Part shown: positions 9,683-18,914 of the stretch, in pieces
Layout: each line of letters opens with the position of its first letter
How positions within the stretch are numbered: the first letter of the stretch is position 1
Origin: Polyangiales bacterium
GTDB lineage: Bacteria; Myxococcota_A; Polyangia; Polyangiales; Houyiibacteriaceae
Direction of reading: 5' to 3'
Length of the DNA: 27,540 nucleotides
Assembly (NCBI GenBank): GCA_045106895.1
Contig: JBGCFM010000059.1
Span: forward strand, 1 to 27,540
Position numbers and translations under genes: made by a program
Notes under the pieces: model-generated
The model's input: only the letters and a program-made list of their open reading frames with translations
Database searches by the model: none
What the model was told of the DNA's origin: nothing

Positions 9683-11323
9683 TCAGAACTCGTCGAGACG
9701 CATTGGAGCCCGACCCAGCTCCGCGCCCCCAGCGTCGCGGAGCACACAGCTGTACTCACCGGGCCGGCGGCTCGCGAGAGTGGTGTAACGGAAGTAGACG
9801 AACCTCCGCTGTGCCGGAACCTCCACCACGGAGGGCGCGCTCCGGCTCTCGCCTTCGCTGTTGAGCCAAGCGAGCTGCACCGTGGTCGCTTCGGCCGAAG
9901 GGTTGGCGATCTCGAAGTAGCAGTAGGCCTTCTCTTCGACCTCCTTTGTGTATACCTGCTGGGGCTCTCCTGGACGGCGGCCGAAGACATCGGCGGTCAG
10001 GAACAGTCTTGCCAAGTGAAGACCATCCCGCTGCACCATCGTTGGCGCCGGGAGACCCGGTGGGGCCTGGCTCCCTTCGAGTGCGTCAGCGAATTCGTCG
10101 TCCCCCGGGTCGTCCAACCGGTCTGGGTCGGTGACTTGTTCAAAGACGGCAATGGTCGCTCGAATACCGAGCGGGTCATCAAACTCGAGGGTGTGCCGGA
10201 GCTCTCCGTCTCGCGCACAGAGTGCGGGCTCGAGGCCGAAAGCGAACAACCCTTGGGGGCCTCCGTCGGGGTAGATGTCCCATTCGTCCGGGGCGCTCGC
10301 TTCCCCGAACACTACGCTGGCACCGGTATCGGCGCCCCCTCGACGTTCAACCTGGCCGAAAACAGCGTAGCACCGCCCTTCCGCGAGAGTGAGCGTCGCC
10401 TCGGCTTGTGGGTTGGCGAGTGAGACCGAGTAAAGGGTTGGTTCACCGACCAACTCCCGCTGCTCGTAGCGCTGCGCGCCGCTGCCGAGAGAGTGGTGGT
10501 AGCGGCGGAGAAGTGTGTCCGCGTGGCCCCGCATGGCCGCCGCATCTGGACGGAAATTCCGAGTGGCGGCAACGCTTCCGAGCTCGCCCAGCACCCGCAG
10601 TTCGGACACCACGAGTTCCCGCCAGTCCGGTCGCTCGCCTGCCTCCCAGCTTGTCAGCTCGACAACCCACTCACCGCCGCCTCCTTCTACAGGTATGTCC
10701 TGAATCTCGCGGGCGTCGGCCAGCAAATCCGCCTCGACAAGCGTCTCCCCGTGTCGGATCCGAACGTGGTCGATGCGGCGGTTGCCCGTGAACAGGTCGC
10801 GGGTGCCGTCGACCTTTGTGTATCCGGTGGTCAGGCCGATCGCATGAACGGTCACGCCCTCGGGCAAGGTGAAGGTAAGCGTCTGAGGCGTGGTGTCGCC
10901 CTCCTCCATCGTCGCTGAGTTCCACGCTGTCTCGAAGTCCCCGTCGATGAGGCGCTCGACCTGAGTAGGATCGTCACGGTAGTTGCTCGACGCCTGGATG
11001 TTGAACTCGATGCTCCGCTGGAGCTCGACCCAGTCGTCGGTCGATTCGAGGTTGCTACGTCCCGCCGCCGGCTGGGCTGGTTCCGACGGCACCGGGGAGT
11101 TCGACTCAGGCAAACTAGGGTCTGGGGAGCTCGGCGGGCCGCTTCTGGGCTCAGCGCTAGGAGATGGTCGCGTGGAGGCGGGCTCCGCAGGCTCCGCGGG
11201 CTCCTCTGGCGATTGGACGACCGGTTCCGGCGACTCTTCCGCTGAACCACAACCAAGTCCCAGCACAAATATCAGGCTGAGACACCACCTTGCGCGGCAC
11301 CGACTCTCTGAACAGCTCCTCAT
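9683..11323 (-). CDS. Lipoprotein: Pro/Ser linker, discoidin/F5-8-like carbohydrate-binding domain, C-terminal DUF2914-like domain
   Basis: Lipobox-like LGLGC after a hydrophobic stretch. IQASSNY...RLIDGDFETAWNS...VSELRVLG fits a discoidin-like domain. C-terminal YCYFEIAN...PGEYSCVLRDAGGAELGR. Confidence 0.65.
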   Translation of the reverse strand: MRSCSESRCRARWCLSLIFVLGLGCGSAEESPEPVVQSPEEPAEPAEPASTRPSPSAEPRSGPPSSPDPSLPESNSPVPSEPAQPAAGRSNLESTDDWVELQRSIEFNIQASSNYRDDPTQVERLIDGDFETAWNSATMEEGDTTPQTLTFTLPEGVTVHAIGLTTGYTKVDGTRDLFTGNRRIDHVRIRHGETLVEADLLADAREIQDIPVEGGGGEWVVELTSWEAGERPDWRELVVSELRVLGELGSVAATRNFRPDAAAMRGHADTLLRRYHHSLGSGAQRYEQRELVGEPTLYSVSLANPQAEATLTLAEGRCYAVFGQVERRGGADTGASVVFGEASAPDEWDIYPDGGPQGLFAFGLEPALCARDGELRHTLEFDDPLGIRATIAVFEQVTDPDRLDDPGDDEFADALEGSQAPPGLPAPTMVQRDGLHLARLFLTADVFGRRPGEPQQVYTKEVEEKAYCYFEIANPSAEATTVQLAWLNSEGESRSAPSVVEVPAQRRFVYFRYTTLASRRPGEYSCVLRDAGGAELGRAPMRLDEF

Positions 11324-11442
11324 GCTTTAGCCCTCCCGCAGCGGAGTAGAGCACATTCAATATGAGCGCCCAATAGCGGCGGCCAAACACGCAAGCTCAG
11401 CGGAGTTGGTGAATGGTGCGCGAGGGTTCGGGCGCGTGGAGC

Positions 11443-12300
11443 TCAGTAACGAACGTGAAGGGTTGCGCCCGCCAAGTTCGGGCCGAAGGCCGGTGCGACT
11501 TGGGTGCGTGCTTCAGCGTCGTCGTCGCGCCCGGCCGTGAGCAGCAGGACAAGGCCCACCAAACCGCCCGCGATGCCGACAGCGAGGCCGATGTCGGCGA
11601 CGAGTGCACGGGTTCGCAGCGACGTGGTCTCGCTCTCCGGACAACCGCCCACGCATTCGGTCTGCAGGCGGCTCTTTTCGGACAACGCGAGACCACCGGC
11701 CACGCCCATCGTGATGAGCCCCGCCGCGCCGACACCGAGAAATGTGTACGCCAGTGCACGACCGGAAGACTCGTTCTCTTCGACACCAGCGCTCTGCGAG
11801 TCGCTCACACCCGCGACAGATTCCAACGGCTCCGAAGGGGGTGAAACGTTGTTCGTCGCGGCCACATCACGCGCGGAGTCTGGAGCGATGAGCTCCACGG
11901 GCTCCTCGTCATTCGTCGTGCCGTCCTCCTGCCGAGCACGAAGATTGGCGAGGCGCCGCTCCTGAAACGGTCGGTCTGACGGTGGCGGGCTCGCGCCAAT
12001 AAAGCGCTCGAGGTAACGAATCGCTTCGTCGAGGCGTCCGAGTCGCTCGTAGCACTGGGACATATTGAAGAGCAGCGCAGGCCGCGGCGAGAGATCGTAG
12101 GCGCGGTCGAACTCGCGGAGCGCGTCCTCGTAGCGTGCTTCTTGGAAGTACGCGTAGCCCGCATCGAAGTGACTGCGGGCCTCCGCCTCGTCTAACGGGT
12201 CGACGGCCTCGGTAGCCACGACGGTGGTGTCTTGCGCATCCGATGGGAGCGACGAGAAAAGCACGCCGATTCCGAACACGCTCGCGAGAAGACGCCTCAT
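11443..12300 (-). CDS. Exported TPR protein with a C-terminal hydrophobic region
   Basis: ATG 12300 overlaps the upstream stop (ATGA). Signal peptide ends SDA-Q. TPRs ARSHFDAGYAYFQEARYEDALREF and LLFNMSQCYERLGRLDEAIRYLERF. Two Gly-rich hydrophobic segments and a terminal LHVRY. Confidence 0.85.
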   Translation of the reverse strand: MRRLLASVFGIGVLFSSLPSDAQDTTVVATEAVDPLDEAEARSHFDAGYAYFQEARYEDALREFDRAYDLSPRPALLFNMSQCYERLGRLDEAIRYLERFIGASPPPSDRPFQERRLANLRARQEDGTTNDEEPVELIAPDSARDVAATNNVSPPSEPLESVAGVSDSQSAGVEENESSGRALAYTFLGVGAAGLITMGVAGGLALSEKSRLQTECVGGCPESETTSLRTRALVADIGLAVGIAGGLVGLVLLLTAGRDDDAEARTQVAPAFGPNLAGATLHVRY

Positions 12301-12875
12301 TCCATACTCCCGCACACACCTGGATCGTCCGGTGGATCGTCGAACCCGCACGTGGCCGTGGCGTATTGGCCATCGTCCCCAAAAGCACAAAAACCGTCAG
12401 CGCCGCAGTCCCGATTAAGATAGCACCGCCCGGCCGGATACTCAGCCCTGATAGCCTCAAGGGAAGGAATACAAAGCGCGGGCGCGCCGCCTTCTCCGCA
12501 GCTGTCGCTAAGGCAGCGCCCATCATAGACCCCGTCGCCAACTTGCATCCCTTCGCAGTGGCTGTCGTTATAACAGCAGCGTCCGTCCTGCCACTCCTCA
12601 CCGCTCGTCTCATCGACCTGCGACGCGCAGCTTCCATCTGTGAACGGCCCCGTATCCGCAGGCCCGGTGTCACGAGGCCCCGCGTCCATCTGAGCGGCGT
12701 CGGGTGGGCCAGAATCCATCTCCGCGGTGTCGACGGCTTGGATGTCAGCGGCGCCGGAGTCGACGGGCCCCGTATCCTCCACAACGCCGGTATCCCGGTC
12801 GCCAACGAACTGATCCGCGTCGCTGATAAGCGTGCAACCCGCCAAAACGAAAACCCCCAAAAGCAGCTGTCTCAT
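12297..12875 (-). CDS. Cys-rich lipoprotein with an acidic D-[AST]-G linker
   Basis: ATG 12875 gives MRQLLLGVFVLAG-C (lipobox). The linker has DTG/DSG/DAG repeats, and the C-terminal domain has about 11 Cys. Confidence 0.8.
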   Translation of the reverse strand: MRQLLLGVFVLAGCTLISDADQFVGDRDTGVVEDTGPVDSGAADIQAVDTAEMDSGPPDAAQMDAGPRDTGPADTGPFTDGSCASQVDETSGEEWQDGRCCYNDSHCEGMQVGDGVYDGRCLSDSCGEGGAPALCIPSLEAIRAEYPAGRCYLNRDCGADGFCAFGDDGQYATATCGFDDPPDDPGVCGSME

Positions 12876-12990
12876 CTCAAGCGGATGAAAGCACACAGGT
12901 TAGCCGGTCGGCAAACCGTTCCATCGCGGGGCGCGACCCCGCAAGGGTGGGTCTACCCACCGGGCAAACGATGTGCGAGCATCGTTTCAC

Positions 12991-13605
12991 ATGCACACAA
13001 TGAACATTTGGCTGCTCACGCTGCTCGCGAGTTTCGTCGCCACGGGTGTTTCAGCACAAGACGCCGAGTCATCGCCGCGTGAAACAGAAGCTCGCGCCGA
13101 GTTCGAGATCGGCAGCACAGCCTTTCGAGAAGGCCGCTTTGAGTACGCCCTGGAACGTTTCAAACGTGCTCATACGCTCACGAGCCGGCCCGGACTCCTC
13201 TACAATATCGGGCTGACGCTCGAGCGCCTCCAGCGACCGGAAGAAGCCATCGAAGCGCTCGAAGGCTACCTCGGCGCCACTCCTTATTCGCCGAACCGAG
13301 CCAACGTCGAAGCGAGAGTCGCCGCGATGCGCGAGACCGTTGCCGAGAGACACGCTTTGGAAGAAGAACTGAGCGCAGCGCGGGCCGCACAGGCCGCCAA
13401 CGAAGAAAACTCTGCCCTCACCGCCGGGGACCCGCAGGAACGTGAGCCACAGGCAAAGTCCAAGTGGTGGCTTTGGACACTCATTGGAATCGTTGTCGTC
13501 GGCGCCGGGGTCGGTGTTGCCGTGGCGCTGACGCGCGATAGTGGCGTCCAAGAGCCACTCCCCGGCGACGAAGGTGTCGTCGTCTCTACACTGACGGAGT
13601 GGTGA
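12991..13605 (+). CDS. Exported TPR protein with a C-terminal membrane anchor
   Basis: Signal peptide ends VSA-Q. TPRs ARAEFEIGSTAFREGRFEYALERF and LLYNIGLTLERLQRPEEAIEALEGY. TM segment KWWLWTLIGIVVVGAGVGVAVAL. Start is 12991 or 13000. Confidence 0.85.
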   Translation: MHTMNIWLLTLLASFVATGVSAQDAESSPRETEARAEFEIGSTAFREGRFEYALERFKRAHTLTSRPGLLYNIGLTLERLQRPEEAIEALEGYLGATPYSPNRANVEARVAAMRETVAERHALEEELSAARAAQAANEENSALTAGDPQEREPQAKSKWWLWTLIGIVVVGAGVGVAVALTRDSGVQEPLPGDEGVVVSTLTEW

Positions 13606-15281
13606 TGCGTTTTCTTAGCCTCCTGCTTCTCGTCGCTTGTGCGGACCCCACCCCACGCACACAGGTCATGGTTTTCGTTCGCGCGGAGGCTGACGTCATC
13701 GCCCGGGCGCAGCGCCTTGAGGTCGAGATATTCGGCGCAGCACCAGGTGAAGAGCGTGTGCTTCGCGAGACCATTGTTTACACCGACTCGACGAGCCCAG
13801 ACTTCTTTTCCCTCGAGTGGCCTCGTCGCGTCGCCCTCGTGCCAGAGGGCCAAGACTCAAATCGACTCTTCACTGTCGTTGCGACGGCCTACAACTCCGG
13901 CACCGAGTTCGCCCGCGCGGAGGTGACGAGTAGCTACCTCAGCGAGCAAACCCTCACTCTCGATGTGTGGCTTCGCGACGACTGCATCGACCGTCTATGT
14001 GTGCCCGGAAACACCTGCCTCGCGGGAACCTGCGTCGACGCAACACCTATCGACCCATGCGCGCTTCGCGTCATCGAGACGTTCGTGGTGCCCGAAGGAT
14101 GCGGGATGCCGGGCGACGCGGGCGGAGTCGACGCGGGCACCGACACAGGACCCCAGGACGCAGGCGTGGACTCGGACGTCGGACCGCAGGAAGACGCGGG
14201 TGTGGATGGCGGTCTTGACGGAGGGCCCGACGCTGGTCCTCCTGACCCCCTCGACATCTACAACGTCGTCTTCGTGTCCTCGCAGAGTTTCGTCCCCGGA
14301 AGTTTTGAGGGGATCGACAACGCTCACGCCGAGTGCCAGCGACTCGCGAATGCAGCCGGTCTTCCGGAATCCGAGTATCGGGCGTTCCTGTCGACGAGCG
14401 AGGAGTCGGCGCTCTCCGTGCTGAACGATGCACGTGGGTTTGTAAACGTCGAGGGGCGCCCCTTCGCCGACCGCAGCACAGACCTGGCGGAAGGCAAAAT
14501 CTTCTACCCGATCCTGCTCAATGAGCGGGGCGATCCGAATCCCGAAACGAGATGGGTCGTCACCGGCACCAACGAAGATTTGTCCACCGGCTCCACCTGC
14601 AACGACTGGTCGAGTACCGAGGGCCAAGTGACGACCGGCAACGCCCACGACGGCGCTCCGTTCTGGTTGAATCGTCGCTTCGGCTTCAACGGTAATCCGC
14701 CGGTGGGCTGCAATCTCGAAAACCCGATCTATTGCTTTGGCGTCGGCCGACGCGCGGAACTCGTCGCGCCAGAAACCCCGGCGGAGACGGGCGGCATTTT
14801 TCTGAGCACCGGACGTGTTCCGGCCGGTAGCGGAACCGGCGCCTTCGATGCTCTATGCGAAGCCGAAGGTGGTCCGGAATACGTGGCGTTTCTTCCGTCT
14901 GCCGTCGGCGAGAGCGCGATCTCTCGGGTGGAGTCGTATCGAGGCCCGTGGGCCCGCCGTGACGGAGTCCTCGTCGGCGACTACAACGACCTTGCGAGTG
15001 GGCAAATGCTCGCCGCCATCAACGTAAACGCGACGGGCGGATACCTCTCCGGCAGGACCGGGGTCGTTGGCGTTTGGTCCGGCGCGGTCCAGCCTGATGC
15101 GGCGTCCAATGAAGCGACGACATGTTCCGCGTGGAACGACGCTTCGACGGCACAGAATGGCCGCGTCGCCTACTTCGGTCGCGCGCGCGACACCTACTCC
15201 AGCTCCGGCGCGTACCGTGTGCAGTGCGATATTTCCGAAGAGTTCCCCGTATTCTGCATCTCCACAGAGCACGTAGACTAG
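13605..15281 (+). CDS. Lipoprotein with a DAG linker and two endostatin-like (DUF1554-like) domains
   Basis: ATG 13605 overlaps the upstream TGA (TGATG). Lipobox LVA-C. Domains VFVSS...AHAECQRLANAAGL...YRAFLS...TCNDWSS...PIYCF and IFLST...DALCEAE...YVAFL...TCSAWND...PVFCI. Confidence 0.75.
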   Translation: MRFLSLLLLVACADPTPRTQVMVFVRAEADVIARAQRLEVEIFGAAPGEERVLRETIVYTDSTSPDFFSLEWPRRVALVPEGQDSNRLFTVVATAYNSGTEFARAEVTSSYLSEQTLTLDVWLRDDCIDRLCVPGNTCLAGTCVDATPIDPCALRVIETFVVPEGCGMPGDAGGVDAGTDTGPQDAGVDSDVGPQEDAGVDGGLDGGPDAGPPDPLDIYNVVFVSSQSFVPGSFEGIDNAHAECQRLANAAGLPESEYRAFLSTSEESALSVLNDARGFVNVEGRPFADRSTDLAEGKIFYPILLNERGDPNPETRWVVTGTNEDLSTGSTCNDWSSTEGQVTTGNAHDGAPFWLNRRFGFNGNPPVGCNLENPIYCFGVGRRAELVAPETPAETGGIFLSTGRVPAGSGTGAFDALCEAEGGPEYVAFLPSAVGESAISRVESYRGPWARRDGVLVGDYNDLASGQMLAAINVNATGGYLSGRTGVVGVWSGAVQPDAASNEATTCSAWNDASTAQNGRVAYFGRARDTYSSSGAYRVQCDISEEFPVFCISTEHVD

Positions 15282-15345
15282 GCCGCTGCGGTGTTCCGGC
15301 GGGCGGAGCATAGCCGCCGGAAGCAGATCCCTTATAGTCCGCGCC

Positions 15346-16047
15346 ATGGATATCGATCCCGCGGTGATGCGCGCATTGCCCGTGTGGTTCACCGCCACGC
15401 TTCTCTCGCTCACGGTGCATGAAGCGGGACACGCCTTCGTCGGCGGCTGGGGCGGTGACGACACCGCTCACGAACAGGTGACGCTCAACCCGACCCCCCA
15501 CGTCACGCGACAGCCATTTGGAATGTTGGCGTTGCCCGTGGTGTCCTTCCTGCTCAACGGGGGCACGTGGATGATCGGCTTCGCATCCGCGCCGTACGAT
15601 CCCGGCTGGGCGATGCGCTTTCCGAAGAAAGCCGCCCTCATGGCCGCCGCAGGTCCCATTTCCACCTTCCTCATTGCCCTGGTCGCGGCCATCGCGATCC
15701 ACATCGGCATCGCCGCTGACGTCTGGGTTGTCGGTAACGGCGCCCTCGATCAAGTCGTCGTCGACGCGGCCACTGGCGAAGCAGGTGCCATCAGCACCTT
15801 CGTCAGCGTGCTCTTCTCCGTCAACGTGCTCATCGGCTTCTTCAACCTGATCCCCGTCGCTCCCCTCGACGGTCACGCCATCGTGCCTCTCTTTCTCAAC
15901 GATCGCCTTACACGAAAGTGGTTTGCGCTCTTCGAGGAGCGCGGAGCGTCCGTTGTCGGCTTCATGATCGCCTTCGTGGTCTTCTCAAGAGTGTTCGGAC
16001 CGCTCTACGAGGGAGCGCTCTGGTTGCTCTACCTTCCTCTAAAATAG
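15346..16047 (+). CDS. Site-2 protease family (M50) intramembrane zinc metalloprotease
   Basis: HEAGH zinc motif, AAAGP and NLIPVAPLDG, with several hydrophobic segments. Confidence 0.93.
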   Translation: MDIDPAVMRALPVWFTATLLSLTVHEAGHAFVGGWGGDDTAHEQVTLNPTPHVTRQPFGMLALPVVSFLLNGGTWMIGFASAPYDPGWAMRFPKKAALMAAAGPISTFLIALVAAIAIHIGIAADVWVVGNGALDQVVVDAATGEAGAISTFVSVLFSVNVLIGFFNLIPVAPLDGHAIVPLFLNDRLTRKWFALFEERGASVVGFMIAFVVFSRVFGPLYEGALWLLYLPLK

Positions 16048-16157
16048 GGAGGCGCAAAAGTTCGCCAAGGATCACAAGGGCTTCGATGCGATCGCGTGGG
16101 ACGTCAGCGCATCACCGTTGATCCGATCGCCGGCTCACTGGTAGCGTCCGCGCTCCC

Positions 16158-18914
16158 ATGGCCGAGCCCGAACTGATCTTCTCCGACATCCAGCGCGCCT
16201 TCGACTCGCGGGATGCGCGCCTCGGCGCGATGATCTGCTCCTACGCCTTGCAGCCCGATCCGCCGGAGACCGCGCCGGAGGGACACGACTTCTCCAAGGA
16301 CACCCCGCCACCTCTTCCCCGTGACGCGTGGACGCTGGGTCGCGTCCGTCAAGGCACCGGCAAATGGGCGATGTACGGCAAGTCCGACGACGAGAAGAAA
16401 GCCATCCGGCGCGAAGCGTGGCGCGCCCTCGAGGGCGCCCCGTACCCGCCGCCGCGCCTTGGCCTCGGCGACATGCTCATCGCCCTCTACGACATCGACG
16501 ACGCCTGGGCCCGCGGCGTGCTGATGCACGTGTTCGCCAAGGTCCGCGTCGGCTGGGGCGTGTGGCGCGGCATCAAGCAGATTTATAAGAGCGCCGAAGA
16601 GCGCTTCGACGCCGAGGTCTTTGGCATCCTCGCGTGGCGTTTCGACGTGTGGTTCTCGCTGCCGCACACCGGCGAGATCAGCGGCGGTACCTACGCCTAT
16701 CTACGCCGGCGTGCCTGGCGCTTCTTGCGGCGCCTCGGGGCTTCGCTTCCTGAACTCTATCCGTCTTTTGCCGTCGAAGTCCTCCGGCACTACGCGGTCA
16801 CGCAGCAGCGGCTCTACGGCACCTGGGTCGTCGCCCAAATCTGGGCCCACGAAGACCTCATCGGCGCCTTCAGCTCTTGGATCTCCGCGCCGCCCAAAGA
16901 GCTGACGCGGCGTGCGTTCAACGACGCTTGGAAACTGAGCCCAGACCCCCTGCTTCGTCTCCTTGAAGACGCGCACAACGACCACGTCCTTCAGTTCGCC
17001 ATCAATGGCCTCAAAACCGACTTCCCCGAAGTGGTTCGACGCGTGGAGCCCGAGTGGCTGCGGCGCATCGGTACGAGGCCCCAGCGCACACTCCACCGCT
17101 TCGTCGTCGAGCTCCTCCAGGCGAGCCCCGAACTCCACCAGTCGAAACTACAAGCTCTCGGCTTGCACGAGATGGTCCTCAAGCTGCTCAAGAGCGCCGA
17201 CGCGGATGCCACGAAGTACGCCGTGGACTACGCCAACGCTCACGCCGCGAACCTGGGCGACGACTTCCTCGTCGACATCGCCGCTGCACCCCAAGCCGAC
17301 GCCCGCAACTTTGCCCTCGCTCGACTTCAAGCACGCCCCGCCGCCGCCCTTGGACTCGAGCGGCTGCTTTCGATGCTGAAGCCGCAGCAGAACGCCCTCA
17401 CGGAGCTCGCCAAAGCGAAGCTCAACGGCGCATTTCAGCCGAGCGATCTGTCGCAATCCCAGTACCAAGCGCTCCGCCTAGGCAACCGGCACGAGCAAGC
17501 CTTCGTCAAAGAGTTCTTCGCCTTCGCGAAGGTCACGCCGCCGGCTGCCTACCTGATTGCCGCCGCCGACGCGACGAAGAACCACCGCTGGATTCTTGAG
17601 ATCATGCGTGAGCTCGAAAAGCACAGCGGTGCGGCCATCGGCATGGCCTTTGTCAAGCGCGCCATGCTCGACAACACCTACCGACTCTTCGCCCAAAAGT
17701 GGATAAGAGACGGCAAGTTCACCGGCGACGCCCTGGACGTAGAGTGGCTCAAGGGCCTTGTCATGCGTCAAAGCACGCGCGCCTTCGCCGTCGAGATCCT
17801 CTCAAAGCGCAAACTCGTCGAGCCCCACCGCGTCGGACTGCCATGGCTCCTCGCCATGTCGCGCCAAGCGGACCCCGTCCTCGCCGACTTCGCCCACACC
17901 TACTTGCTTCAACACTTCGCGCCCACGGACTTCGCCGACGGCGGAGGAGAAGAAGCGGGCATCACCAAAATCTGGTCGCTCCTCGGCCCCAAGCAGCCCG
18001 AGCCCGCGCGAAAGTTCGCAGCGAGCTATCTGCGCCTGCACCACCCGCACCTCGGGCCCCGCACGGAAGCCGCCCAACGCCTCGCCGTGGAACCGCGCCT
18101 CGCGAGCGAACACTACGGGCTCCCTCGCGTGCACCCACTCATGGATGACGCGACGCCAGAGATTCGGCGCTTCGCCGTCGACATCGCACGCTACGAGATC
18201 CACCGATGGGGCGACGCGGCTCTGCCCTACCGACTGGCGGCGAGCCGCCACGCGGAAACTCGGCGCTTCGGCCTGGCAACCCTGCTCACGCTCCGCACGG
18301 ACGCGGAGAAACTTGGAGAGGACCCCTGGCGACCGGTGGATCCCATCTCCATGGACTGGCTCGACGCCGCCGAGGTCTTCGCCCTCTCCGAAAGCGCGAA
18401 CAAGACGTGCCGTGAAGCCGCGATGACATTGCTCCGGCGACACTACGAACGCATCGGCGGCGCGACGCGTTTGGGCTGGCTCATGGAAAGCCCCGAGCGC
18501 GACGTACGCCTGTTCGCGGTACGCCTTCTTTGGGATCATCGGGGCAGCTTCGAGGGCACCGAAGCCCTTCGTCATTTCCTCCGGACCGTTCTTTTTGGTC
18601 TTCCCCCAGGCCGCATGGAGCGTCGCGCGGATGGCGCTCTCACACTCCGCGCGCTTCCCGCGAGCGTCGCCAAACGTCGCCTTGTGGAGGTCGTGCGCGA
18701 GATGGCCCTCGAGTCACGAGGCTTCGCGGTGCTTGCTCTGCCGGTCCTCGAGGAGTTCATGGTGTCGCAGGCCAAAGGCGAGTGGCACGCCTGTGTCACG
18801 GCGCTCGCTCGCATCCGTCGCGCCCACTCCCTCGGCGATGCCTTACCGGCGGCTCGCATACTGCCCCCTGGCGTTCCGGCGGCTGGCGTTGATTCAGAAA
18901 GGGCGGCCCCATGA
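16158..18914 (+). CDS. 918-aa alpha-helical (ARM/HEAT-like) protein; first gene of the retron-associated operon
   Basis: Long ORF with strong GC3 bias and amphipathic helical repeats (WLMESPERDVRLFAVRLLW, LMDDATPEIRRFAVDIA). The stop overlaps the next start (ATGA at 18911-18914). Confidence 0.75.
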   Translation: MAEPELIFSDIQRAFDSRDARLGAMICSYALQPDPPETAPEGHDFSKDTPPPLPRDAWTLGRVRQGTGKWAMYGKSDDEKKAIRREAWRALEGAPYPPPRLGLGDMLIALYDIDDAWARGVLMHVFAKVRVGWGVWRGIKQIYKSAEERFDAEVFGILAWRFDVWFSLPHTGEISGGTYAYLRRRAWRFLRRLGASLPELYPSFAVEVLRHYAVTQQRLYGTWVVAQIWAHEDLIGAFSSWISAPPKELTRRAFNDAWKLSPDPLLRLLEDAHNDHVLQFAINGLKTDFPEVVRRVEPEWLRRIGTRPQRTLHRFVVELLQASPELHQSKLQALGLHEMVLKLLKSADADATKYAVDYANAHAANLGDDFLVDIAAAPQADARNFALARLQARPAAALGLERLLSMLKPQQNALTELAKAKLNGAFQPSDLSQSQYQALRLGNRHEQAFVKEFFAFAKVTPPAAYLIAAADATKNHRWILEIMRELEKHSGAAIGMAFVKRAMLDNTYRLFAQKWIRDGKFTGDALDVEWLKGLVMRQSTRAFAVEILSKRKLVEPHRVGLPWLLAMSRQADPVLADFAHTYLLQHFAPTDFADGGGEEAGITKIWSLLGPKQPEPARKFAASYLRLHHPHLGPRTEAAQRLAVEPRLASEHYGLPRVHPLMDDATPEIRRFAVDIARYEIHRWGDAALPYRLAASRHAETRRFGLATLLTLRTDAEKLGEDPWRPVDPISMDWLDAAEVFALSESANKTCREAAMTLLRRHYERIGGATRLGWLMESPERDVRLFAVRLLWDHRGSFEGTEALRHFLRTVLFGLPPGRMERRADGALTLRALPASVAKRRLVEVVREMALESRGFAVLALPVLEEFMVSQAKGEWHACVTALARIRRAHSLGDALPAARILPPGVPAAGVDSERAAP

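Noticed and set aside
14110..14245. Short GACGC(G/A)GG repeats, with similar ones at 12650-12800
   Set aside because: They encode the DAG/DSG low-complexity protein linkers and are not an independent DNA repeat array.
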